A stretch of 64,000 bases of DNA, taken from Acidimicrobiia bacterium (GTDB lineage Bacteria > Actinomycetota > Acidimicrobiia > Acidimicrobiales > Bin134). Below are positions 1-7,647 of the stretch, piece after piece. The stretch covers positions 4,513 to 68,512 of the forward strand of contig JAJECA010000010.1 of NCBI GenBank assembly GCA_022822265.1, read 5' to 3'. A program made the translations under genes and the position numbers. Below the pieces are notes generated by a model, which worked only from the letters and a program-made list of their open reading frames with translations, had not been told where the DNA came from and searched no databases. How positions within the stretch are numbered: position 1 is the stretch's first letter; every line of letters starts with the position of its first letter.

Positions 1-301
1 GGTCGGCTAGGCGGGCGGCTAGTTCTAGGGCTAGCTCCAGGTCGGTTTGGTCTTTGTCGGGGGGGTGGCGTTCGACGCGGGTTCCGGACTGCTCGGCGGC
101 GGCTAGGGCTTCGGGTGAAACGGAGTCCATGTCGCCTACTGCCACCGCCACGGTCAGGCCGGCGGCTATCGCATGGTCAAGACCGTGGTCGGCGGCTACT
201 ACTACTGGGTTGGCGGGGAGGCGGGCGATCTCTTCTGGGGTTGGGGGGTCGCCGCCGGCTACCACCACCACGGTGACACCGGGCTCGGTTGGCGGTGTCA
301 T
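1..301 (-). CDS. thiamine pyrophosphokinase, N-terminal part (gene runs off the left edge of the window)
   Basis: Hand translation of the minus strand from ATG at 299-301 gives MTPPTEPGVTVVVVAGGDPPTPEEIARLPANPVVVAADHGLDHAIAAGLTVAVAVGDMDSVSPEALAAAEQSGTRVERHPPDKDQTDLELALELAARLAD. It contains the TPK hallmarks GDxDS and KDxTDxELAL. It is absent from the ORF track because it has no stop in the window. Its ATG overlaps the TGA of the upstream gene (ATGA). Confidence 0.7.
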   Translation of the reverse strand, partial: MTPPTEPGVTVVVVAGGDPPTPEEIARLPANPVVVAADHGLDHAIAAGLTVAVAVGDMDSVSPEALAAAEQSGTRVERHPPDKDQTDLELALELAARLAD

Positions 302-1347
302 CAGAACGGGCGGGTGATGGCTCGGGTGGGGCCGAAGTTGTGGAGGCCGCCGGCGTGGAGGTTGCCGAGGCCGCCGGCGCACATCACGATCACGTCGGTG
401 GGGTGCTCCACGATGTAGGCGGTGCCGTCGGAGCTGATCCGGTCGCGCTCGGCCAGCCACTGCTTGTGGGTCTCGGGAAAGTCTGCCACCTTGTGGCAGG
501 CGTTTTGCCACAGGGCCTCTTGCACGTCTTCGATGGTGGGGTATGCGGCGGCCAACATGTCGGCCCAAGGCGGGGGCACCACCACCATGACCTCGGCCCC
601 CCAGTGGGAGATGTAGGCATTGGTGCCCACATAGGCCAGCGACTGGCCGATGACCCAGGCCAGCGATTGGCCGTTGTCGGCCGCGATGTCGGCGATGTCC
701 ATGGTCCCGATGGTGCCGTAGACGGTGACCGCGTCGCCGCTCTCCCCCCGGCGCTCGGCCAGCGGCGCCCACGGGGAGCGCTCCTCCCACTCCCCCATCA
801 CCAGGCCCACTACCCGAGCAGGCTGGCCCAGCACGCACTTGGACGTCTCCCCGGCCACTTGGCCGCCCACGTTTCGCATCACCAGCCTGATGGCCCGCCC
901 GATGGCCGGCCCTGCCCCGGCCGCCCCGCCGAAACACCCGGCCTGGTAGGGCAAGTCCAGCCGATCTCGCGCCGGGCCATTCACAAACAAGCAGGGCACC
1001 ACCGAGCTAGTGGTGGTGTTGAGGGCGAACAGATCGAACGGCCGCTCGGCCATGGCCTCCAACGCGGCCATCATCAGCGGCATGGCCTCGGGAGCGGCCC
1101 CGGCCATGCACGCGTTGATGGCCAGCTTCTCCACCGTGCACCAGGCGTTGGCCGGTGGCACCTCCAATAGCACCGAATCGGCCGGGCGGCCAGCGGCGGT
1201 GGTGAACTGGGCCACCCGCTCTGGCGTGGGCGGGATCAGCGGAAGGCCGTCGCCCCAGCCCTGAGCGGTGGCCCAGGCCATGAACTCCACCGGGTCATCG
1301 GGGGCCTCGACTTGCCCCTCGGCAATGGCGTCACCGTCAGGGGCCAT
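301..1347 (-). CDS. conserved hypothetical protein (348 aa), tightly coupled partner of the UGSC-motif gene
   Basis: Long ORF with non-repetitive, globular-looking composition. Its start ATG (1345-1347) directly abuts the TAG stop (1348-1350) of the upstream gene, and its stop overlaps the next start. I recognise no family. Confidence 0.75.
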   Translation of the reverse strand: MAPDGDAIAEGQVEAPDDPVEFMAWATAQGWGDGLPLIPPTPERVAQFTTAAGRPADSVLLEVPPANAWCTVEKLAINACMAGAAPEAMPLMMAALEAMAERPFDLFALNTTTSSVVPCLFVNGPARDRLDLPYQAGCFGGAAGAGPAIGRAIRLVMRNVGGQVAGETSKCVLGQPARVVGLVMGEWEERSPWAPLAERRGESGDAVTVYGTIGTMDIADIAADNGQSLAWVIGQSLAYVGTNAYISHWGAEVMVVVPPPWADMLAAAYPTIEDVQEALWQNACHKVADFPETHKQWLAERDRISSDGTAYIVEHPTDVIVMCAGGLGNLHAGGLHNFGPTRAITRPF

Positions 1348-1881
1348 CTACGACGGCACTCCCAGCGAATCCAATAGCGACGACCAGAAGTCGTGGGCGA
1401 TCTGGCGCACTTCCGGTTCGGGACGGGTGTCCAGCGGATAGGGCAGCACGCACAGCCGCAGCCCCGGCCGCTCCATGTTGCGGGCCATGATCTCGGCCAG
1501 CGGCACGAACTCCTCGGTTACGACGGCGACCGCCGTCTTGCCCTGGGCCGCCACCGCAACTGCGTCGTGGACGGTCCAGGACGTGCAGCTGCCTCAATTG
1601 CCCAAGCCGACGATGGCGATGTCCACGTCGGTGGCGAAGCCGTCCAATTCCTCGAGCACCGCGTCCTCGAGCTTCACGTCCTGGCGGGACTCCGAGCACC
1701 ACGGCACCACCTCGGCCCCGGCCGCCTCCAGCTTGCGGGTCCACTCATCGGTGGTCCACAGGAAAGAGCGCCAGGTGAGGTCGTAGCGGATGCCCACCCG
1801 CTTGCCGTTCAGCGGACCGGCATCGGGGCCCCGATCAGGGTCGACCAGCGGCGGAACAGCCGTCGGATCAAGTACCAACAT
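1348..1881 (-). CDS. UGSC-motif protein, probable selenoprotein (in-frame TGA at 1594-1596 read as Sec)
   Basis: Track ORFs 1594..1881 and 1348..1554 are in the same frame. They are separated only by the TGA and then uninterrupted sense codons. Read-through gives ...DIAIVGLGN-U-GSCTSWTVHDAVAVAAQGKTAVAVV..., so the TGA falls at the U of a U-G-S-C motif. A short imperfect hairpin lies at 1563-1583, 10 nt after the TGA. Confidence 0.65.
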
Positions 1882-1928
1882 GGGTGCAGACTACCGGCCG
1901 GTGCCACTGAGACCGGTGTGAGTAGTGC

Positions 1929-2738
1929 CTACCGGCCGGTGAAGTCGGGGGGACGGCCCTGTCGGCGGGATTCGGCCCACTCTCGGAAGTCGGCAGAGCG
2001 CGACGACAACTCCATGGCGAACGCCTCTTCGCTCATGTGGGCCTCCAAGCTGCGCTCCCTACCCCGCTGGATGAGCGCCTTGGTCAATCCGACGGCAACG
2101 GAGGCCGAGGAGGCCAACCGGTGGACCACGTCGCCAGCTTCGGCATCCACTCGGTCATCGGGCACTGCTCGGTATATCAGTCCCCAATCGGCGGCCTCGG
2201 CCCCGGACGCCTCCTCACCCAGTATGAGCATTTGCTTCGCCCGGGCCACACCGGCCAGGCGGGGCAGCAACCACGACGTTCCGCTATCAGGCGTGATGCC
2301 CATCGACGTGAACGGGGCCCGCAATCGGGCACCGTCGGCGACCACCGCGAAATCCGAGGCCAGCACCAGGCTGAAGCCCAATCCCACCGCCCAACCCCGC
2401 ACCGCGCTGACGATGGGGATCTGCACCTCCAGCATCACCGGGATGAGCCGATTCACCAGATATGGCATACGCCGGGAGATGCTGCCCGGCCGGGGCCGAG
2501 AACCGTCGCCGGTCCGTTCCGCCAAGTCGAAGCCGCTACAGAAGTTCTCGCCCGTTGCGTTGAGCAAGATCGCCCTGATTTCCTCATCGGCGCTGGCGGC
2601 TTCCAGGGTGTCAATGAGCGCCAGCACAATGTCGTCGGTCAACGCGTTGCGACGATGGGGCCGGTCAAGGGTGAGGGTCAATGTCGGCGGAGCCGAGACC
2701 ACGTTCAGCCCTTCGGGCGGTGTTGGGTAGGGCTTCAT
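1929..2738 (-). CDS. enoyl-CoA hydratase/isomerase (crotonase) family protein
   Basis: LTLDRPHRRNALTDDIV...ILLNATGENFCSGFDL is a typical crotonase fold signature. Size is 269 aa. Confidence 0.9.
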   Translation of the reverse strand: MKPYPTPPEGLNVVSAPPTLTLTLDRPHRRNALTDDIVLALIDTLEAASADEEIRAILLNATGENFCSGFDLAERTGDGSRPRPGSISRRMPYLVNRLIPVMLEVQIPIVSAVRGWAVGLGFSLVLASDFAVVADGARLRAPFTSMGITPDSGTSWLLPRLAGVARAKQMLILGEEASGAEAADWGLIYRAVPDDRVDAEAGDVVHRLASSASVAVGLTKALIQRGRERSLEAHMSEEAFAMELSSRSADFREWAESRRQGRPPDFTGR

Positions 2739-2754
2739 GCCCGGCCCACACTAA

Positions 2755-3564
2755 TCAGCTAGTTACTAGCTCGGCAGCGCCGAACACCACCGAGAACCTC
2801 ACGCACCAGATCACCACGGTGGAATAGACGTCGAGGTCGAGGTCGCGGGGGATCTCGTAATTCTGCGAACCGACATTCCCTTTGAGATCTCCGAGGTCGA
2901 CATAGACGTCGGTGAACTGGCCGACGGGAGCATCGGGGGGAGCCGCGCTCAGGTAGACGTCCAGGTCTGGGCCGTTATCGGTTCGGAAATCCTCAAACCG
3001 CAGGAACCGCTGGCCGGTGCCGTCGCCCAGCACTTCTACCTGTCCCTGCGTGGGGTGGCTGCGGCTGATGAACTCGCCCGATGCCTCCACCTGTATCTGG
3101 GGCATCTCGGGCATTGTCTCCTCTACCGGTTGCTCCTCAGGCATGCCGAGCTCTTCCATGGCCTCGTCCATCTCGGCGATGAGCTCCTCCGACAACTCGT
3201 CGCCCGGCATGGGGCCCGCGGCAGGCGCGGGGGCGGCGGTATCGGTATCGGGGGCCGGGGCTGTCTCGTCGGGCGCCGCCGCGGTTGGCTCCGCATCCGG
3301 GGTAGCAGGACCGGCCGCCGTGGGATCGGGTCCGGCTGGCTCGACAGCCGGGGTTCCTGCCACCGCGCCGCTGTCGAACACCGGGCCAGCCTCATCAACT
3401 TTGTCGTCGATGAAATAGGTCTGGAAGGCAAACCAGAAGAACACCAACCAGATCAACACACCCAGCAGGGCGGCCAACACTACGGCGATGAGCACCTTGG
3501 CTCGGGTCGGCAGCGCCTTCAACCAGCCCCACAAGCGGGATATCAGACGTTTCATACCCCTCAA
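2755..3564 (-). CDS. membrane-anchored DM13 domain protein
   Basis: N-terminal TM helix (VLIAVVLAALLGVLIWLVFFWFAF), then a Pro/Ala/Glu-rich linker. The C-terminal region GEFISRSHPTQGQVEVLGDG...FRTDNGPDLDVYL...VVIWCVRFSVVFGAA matches the DM13 pattern. Confidence 0.75.
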   Translation of the reverse strand: MRGMKRLISRLWGWLKALPTRAKVLIAVVLAALLGVLIWLVFFWFAFQTYFIDDKVDEAGPVFDSGAVAGTPAVEPAGPDPTAAGPATPDAEPTAAAPDETAPAPDTDTAAPAPAAGPMPGDELSEELIAEMDEAMEELGMPEEQPVEETMPEMPQIQVEASGEFISRSHPTQGQVEVLGDGTGQRFLRFEDFRTDNGPDLDVYLSAAPPDAPVGQFTDVYVDLGDLKGNVGSQNYEIPRDLDLDVYSTVVIWCVRFSVVFGAAELVTS

Positions 3565-3648
3565 TTTACGGGGATAAATCCAAAATCACAGATGATGACC
3601 CTCCCCAACGACGGGGCATCTTTGGGAGTACCGCGACAAACTGGCGAG

Positions 3649-4452
3649 ATGGGCTACGAGACGTTGATCGTGGAGCGCAAGGGCCGGGTGGGATGGCTGA
3701 TCAACAACCGGCCCGACCAGCTCAACGCCATGAACTCCAAGATGCGCGAGGAGTTCGCCGATGCGTGGCTGGAGCTGGACCGAGACCCGGAGGTGCGGGT
3801 GATAGTCCACACCGGGGAGGGGCGGGCCTTCCAGACCGGGGTGGATGTGATGGAACTGGCCACCGACGGGCAGGGCATGGAGCGCTACCGGGAGTCGGTG
3901 GAGAACTTCGACATGCACTTCACCTCTTGGCATCAGAAGGTGCGCAAGCCGGTTATCACCGCGGTGAACGGCATCTGCTGCGGGGGCGGGTTCCACTGGG
4001 TGGCCGACGCCGACATCGTGATCGCCGCTTCCGATGCCCAGTTCTTCGACCCCCACGTGTCGGTGGGCCAGGTGGTGGCGCTGGAAGCCATCGCGCTGTT
4101 GAAGAAGATGCCGGCCGAGACGGTTATGCGAATGGCGCTGATGGGGGCGCATGAGCGGATGGGCCCCCAGCGGGCCTACGAGCTGGGCATGATCAGCGAA
4201 ATAGTGGACCCGCCCGAGCGCCTGCGGGAGCGAGCCGGCGAGATAGCCGAAGCCATCGCTCGCAACTCCCCCGCGGCCATGGCCGCCACCAAGAAGGCCT
4301 TGTGGGACGCCATGGAGCACGGCCTAACCGAGGCCAGCAAAACCGGCGCATTCCACATGACCGGCATCTGGGGCCACCCCGACCAAGTAGAGGGCCCCGC
4401 CGCCTTCGCCGAAAAACGCGAACCCCAATGGGAACCCCTAGACCCTGCTTAA
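3649..4452 (+). CDS. enoyl-CoA hydratase/isomerase family protein
   Basis: MGYETLIVERKGRVGWLINNRPDQLNAMN...HTGEGRAFQTGVDV. I use the internal ATG at 3649 of track ORF 3055..4452 (alternative ATG at 3592). The upstream part of that ORF is antisense to the DM13 gene. Confidence 0.9.
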   Translation: MGYETLIVERKGRVGWLINNRPDQLNAMNSKMREEFADAWLELDRDPEVRVIVHTGEGRAFQTGVDVMELATDGQGMERYRESVENFDMHFTSWHQKVRKPVITAVNGICCGGGFHWVADADIVIAASDAQFFDPHVSVGQVVALEAIALLKKMPAETVMRMALMGAHERMGPQRAYELGMISEIVDPPERLRERAGEIAEAIARNSPAAMAATKKALWDAMEHGLTEASKTGAFHMTGIWGHPDQVEGPAAFAEKREPQWEPLDPA

Positions 4453-4518
4453 GGCAGATAGGTACCCCTGGGAACAATCGCCACCGCCGGCCCCGACCCC
4501 CAGCTTTCGAGTGTCTGT

Positions 4519-4941
4519 TCAGCGGTAGACGGTGAACGCCCGGCCCAAGCCGGGGCCATAGCGGTACACGGCGAAGTCAGCGTCGAATGAGACCGCCTCC
4601 TGGATGCCGTATCGCTCCATTACTGCCCAGCTCGTTCGGTCGACCATCGAGAACGCCTGATCGCTGAACCGCTCGCCGATCGCCAAAGAAGTCGCAATGT
4701 CTTGGGGCGTTGCCGTCAGGACATCGGCGAGATTCCGGTTCAGAATGGTCGTCACCAACTCATCGGCCGCGACACGGTGGTGGCGGCTTCTGGCAATCGC
4801 CCACGTCTCCACCAGCACATGATCGGTGGTGGCCAGCCGCCCGGCATGCTCGCTGAGCAGCGCAACGGCCCGATCATGGGACAGGTCGGTGTTCGCGCCG
4901 AGGGCGTACCACGCTCCGGTATCCACAAAGACCCGCGTCAC
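4519..4941 (-). CDS. vapC: PIN-domain ribonuclease toxin (VapC-like)
   Basis: VFVDTGAWYAL ... TTDHVLVETW ... VSFDADF gives the acidic PIN residues in the expected order. There is a 4-nt overlap with the upstream small gene. Confidence 0.85.
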   Translation of the reverse strand: MTRVFVDTGAWYALGANTDLSHDRAVALLSEHAGRLATTDHVLVETWAIARSRHHRVAADELVTTILNRNLADVLTATPQDIATSLAIGERFSDQAFSMVDRTSWAVMERYGIQEAVSFDADFAVYRYGPGLGRAFTVYR

Positions 4942-5219
4942 TCAACAGCGCTCCTGGCTCGAAGCTTCCTGTCGAACTCACCGCCGTACGCTACGTCAAT
5001 CATTTTGTGCTTGTCGCGGGCTATATCGGAAGGCCCATCCCCGCTGCCCAAGATCCCGATGAGCGGAGTGATATCGCAATGCGAGGCGCGGGCTGCGGCA
5101 TCGTCAGAGCGAATCAGCTCCCGGATGTAGGCCGACACACTCAGCCCAAGCTCATCGGCACGACGCTTGGCCACCGCCCGCAACGACGGATCCAACAAGA
5201 CATTGGTGGGCTTCGTCAT
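4938..5219 (-). CDS. vapB: ribbon-helix-helix antitoxin (VapB-like)
   Basis: 93 aa. LLDPSLRAVAKRRADELGLSVSAYIRELIR is RHH/CopG-like. It lies upstream of, and overlaps, the PIN gene. Confidence 0.75.
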   Translation of the reverse strand: MTKPTNVLLDPSLRAVAKRRADELGLSVSAYIRELIRSDDAAARASHCDITPLIGILGSGDGPSDIARDKHKMIDVAYGGEFDRKLRARSAVE

Positions 5220-5317
5220 ACCCTAATGGTAGCCGTGTTGCGCAACATGCGCAGCACAATATCCATATCAAGCGTCGGCAGACCCCTAAGCCACCGTAAC
5301 CGCTGGTGGGAGCACGA

Positions 5318-5368
5318 CCCATGGGAATGATTGTCATCACCGGATCAGCAGGCGGTATCGGCCAAGCC
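5318..5368 (+). repeat. 51-nt direct repeat, copy 1: orphan duplicate of the 5' end of the SDR gene at 11068
   Basis: cccatgggaaTgattgtCatcaccggatcagcaggcggTatcggccaagcc versus 11065-11115. 48 of 51 positions are identical. It encodes MGMIVITGSAGGIGQA and then diverges into sequence with no SDR similarity. Confidence 0.85.
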
Positions 5369-5397
5369 TTCAGTATCGCTCGAAGCGGCAACCCAGC

Positions 5398-7647
5398 TCA
5401 CGGCATGTTGAGTTGGCCGCGGCTGAAGTCGCCCCAGCATTCCAGTGTCCTGTCGAGGCGAAGCCCGCAGGTGTGGAATATGCCCCTGGACACGGCGGTG
5501 AATACTCCGGGAGGTGCGGAGTCGGTGGGGGCGTACTCGTGGAATGCAGCTGAACTGCTGCATCCGAGTATTCCGTCGTTGAGGATCCCGCACCTCCAGT
5601 GCAACCCGATGGAGTAGTCCACCAAACCAGTCAATACATCTGGGGGACTAAGGCCCTCTATATCCGTTGGCCAGCACACGATGGCCCGGTCGGTGCGGTG
5701 CGCGCAGGTGTCCACTACCCACGCTTTCACTGAGGCGAACTCGCCTTCGGGCGCATTGGCCCGGCCGTACTCGTTGTTGCCCCAGCACTCCAACGCTCCG
5801 CCGACGCGCACCCCGCATGTATGCGTGCCTCCCGCGGCAACCGAGATGAACTCGCCTCCGGGCGCCTCTATTTGGCCGAAGGCGTTGTCGCCCCAGCACA
5901 CCGCGGTCCCGCCGACCCGCAGCCCGCACGAGTGCGTGCCGCCGGCTGAAACGGCTGTGAACTCGCCCCCAGGAGCGTCTGTTTGGCCGAAGGCGTTGTC
6001 GCCCCAGCACACCGCGGTCCCGCCGACCCGCAGCCCGCATGAGTGGTAGCCGCCCGAGCATTGGACGCTGGGCCAAGGCGTCCACGTGCAGGTGTGGTCC
6101 ACACCCGCCGACACCGAGATGAACATGCCGTCCGGTGCGTCAGACTGTCCGAAGGCGTTGTCGCCCCAGCACGCCGCGGTGCGGTCGGTCCTGATGGCGC
6201 AAGTGTGATGGCCGCCCGCCGACACTGCCGACCACAGGCCCGACGCGAGATTCCCCGCCAAATTGAATGACGCTGGTACGCCGTTCCTGCCGTCCACATC
6301 AATCCAACACTCAACGGCTCCGCCCTTGCGCACTCCGCACGCCAGCCAACCCCCCACCGACACCGACTCGAACTCCCCATCCAATCGACTGACGTACTGG
6401 CGCCTCGTGTCGGGAAGGGGCCCGCATTCCACGGCACGATCAGTACGCGTCCCGCAAAATACATATTCCCCACCATTGATCTCCTCGTAGCCGCGGTCGT
6501 CTACGCCCGTTCGGGACTCGTACATCCCCCAGCACTCCACCGAGCCATCGGCGCGTAGCCCACACCAGCCGTCTCGGCTCGTAGCAACCGCCGTGAACTC
6601 CCCCCTGGACCCACCCCCGTGCCACTCCCCCACCGCGTCGCCCCAACACACCCTTGCCCCGCCAACCCGCAGCCCACACATCTGAGGCCAGCCATAGTCC
6701 ACCACGATGAACTCGCCATCAGGCCCAAGCCCGTGCCACTCCCGCACCGCGTCGCCCCAGCACACCACGGCCCCGTCTGACCGAAGCCCGCAGGTGTGAT
6801 GCCAGCTGGCGTCCACCGCCACAAACTCGCCGCCAGGCGCGTCCAACAGCCCATAACGCTGCAAGCCCCAGTACACCACCGTGCGATCAACCCGGATAGC
6901 GCACGAGTGGAACCTGCCCGCGTCCACCGCAGCAAACTCGCCACTAGGGGCGTCCAACCTCGAATAGAAGTGGTCCCCCCAGCACTCAAGCGTGTGATCG
7001 ACTCTGATCCCGCACGAGTGCGTCGCTCCTGACGCAATCGCGGTGAACTCCCCCTCCGGCACATCCAGCTGCCCAAAGGAATTCTCAAAGCCATACCAGT
7101 GCCCATCCACTTGCCAGCGTCCACCCCAACAATCCACCTCGCCCCCAACCCTGATCCCGCAGGCGAAGTCCCACCCCGCCGACACCGCCGCGAACTCGCC
7201 CTCAGGAACCTCTTCCACATCCACCTCCCACACCGACTCCCCAGGAGCAACTGGCACCGCAGTCGGAACTGCACCAGGCGAAGGCACTGACGTTGCAACC
7301 GGCGTCGACGTCACAGTCGCAGATGCTGCCTCAGTTGGCAACGGACCTGGAGTTGCAGTCGCAGACAGTGCCGCAGAAGGAATGGGGTCGCCGCCGCGTT
7401 CTACTTCCGGCGTCGGAGAAGAAACTGATTGGGTAGTAGATGCCGCAGCATCTCCTGGGTCCGATTCGGCGACTGCGGTCTCGCGGCCAAGTGAACTCGG
7501 ATCAGCGCTCTTTTGACCATCACCGCTGGAGCAAGCCACCGCGGTCAGGGCAACGACCAACACCAGACCGCCCCAACGTTCGCCCCCAGTGCTCAACTCC
7601 CTTACGGCTCCGCGGTACTCATGAAAGGTGGCAAGGTCAAGATGCAC
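5398..7647 (-). CDS. RCC1-like repeat (beta-propeller) lipoprotein
   Basis: Lipobox LTAVAC-SSG after a hydrophobic segment, then a Ser/Thr/Pro/Ala-rich linker. More than 10 repeats of the type GxxHxCGxRxxGxxxCWGxNxxGQxDAPxGEFxxVSAG follow. Its start overlaps the stop of the upstream gene by 11 nt. Confidence 0.85.
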   Translation of the reverse strand: MHLDLATFHEYRGAVRELSTGGERWGGLVLVVALTAVACSSGDGQKSADPSSLGRETAVAESDPGDAAASTTQSVSSPTPEVERGGDPIPSAALSATATPGPLPTEAASATVTSTPVATSVPSPGAVPTAVPVAPGESVWEVDVEEVPEGEFAAVSAGWDFACGIRVGGEVDCWGGRWQVDGHWYGFENSFGQLDVPEGEFTAIASGATHSCGIRVDHTLECWGDHFYSRLDAPSGEFAAVDAGRFHSCAIRVDRTVVYWGLQRYGLLDAPGGEFVAVDASWHHTCGLRSDGAVVCWGDAVREWHGLGPDGEFIVVDYGWPQMCGLRVGGARVCWGDAVGEWHGGGSRGEFTAVATSRDGWCGLRADGSVECWGMYESRTGVDDRGYEEINGGEYVFCGTRTDRAVECGPLPDTRRQYVSRLDGEFESVSVGGWLACGVRKGGAVECWIDVDGRNGVPASFNLAGNLASGLWSAVSAGGHHTCAIRTDRTAACWGDNAFGQSDAPDGMFISVSAGVDHTCTWTPWPSVQCSGGYHSCGLRVGGTAVCWGDNAFGQTDAPGGEFTAVSAGGTHSCGLRVGGTAVCWGDNAFGQIEAPGGEFISVAAGGTHTCGVRVGGALECWGNNEYGRANAPEGEFASVKAWVVDTCAHRTDRAIVCWPTDIEGLSPPDVLTGLVDYSIGLHWRCGILNDGILGCSSSAAFHEYAPTDSAPPGVFTAVSRGIFHTCGLRLDRTLECWGDFSRGQLNMP
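5871..6045 (-). repeat. near-identical intragenic tandem repeat (two adjacent RCC1 blades, period 111 nt)
   Basis: The 64-nt blocks 5871-5934 and 5982-6045 differ at one position (c/t). Confidence 0.8.

Noticed and set aside
3055-3648. N-terminal extension of the crotonase ORF. The same issue applies to 30648..31160 (murF ORF), 33824..34135 (LarA-like ORF), 21360..21536 and 54801..54905
   Set aside because: The extensions overlap neighbouring genes on the other strand or in another frame and are Arg/Gly-rich. Family alignments start at the internal Met chosen in the feature table.
5306-5617. 103-aa plus-strand ORF beginning MGARPMGMIVITGSAGGIGQA
   Set aside because: Only 16 residues resemble an SDR. 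The remainder has no similarity and runs antisense into the 3' end of the RCC1-repeat gene. I interpret it as the orphan repeat stub, not a functional gene.
5640-7300. Regularly spaced repeats considered as a possible CRISPR-like array
   Set aside because: The periodicity is 111 nt or other multiples of 3 inside a continuous reading frame that encodes RCC1 blades. There are no unique spacers and no cas genes.
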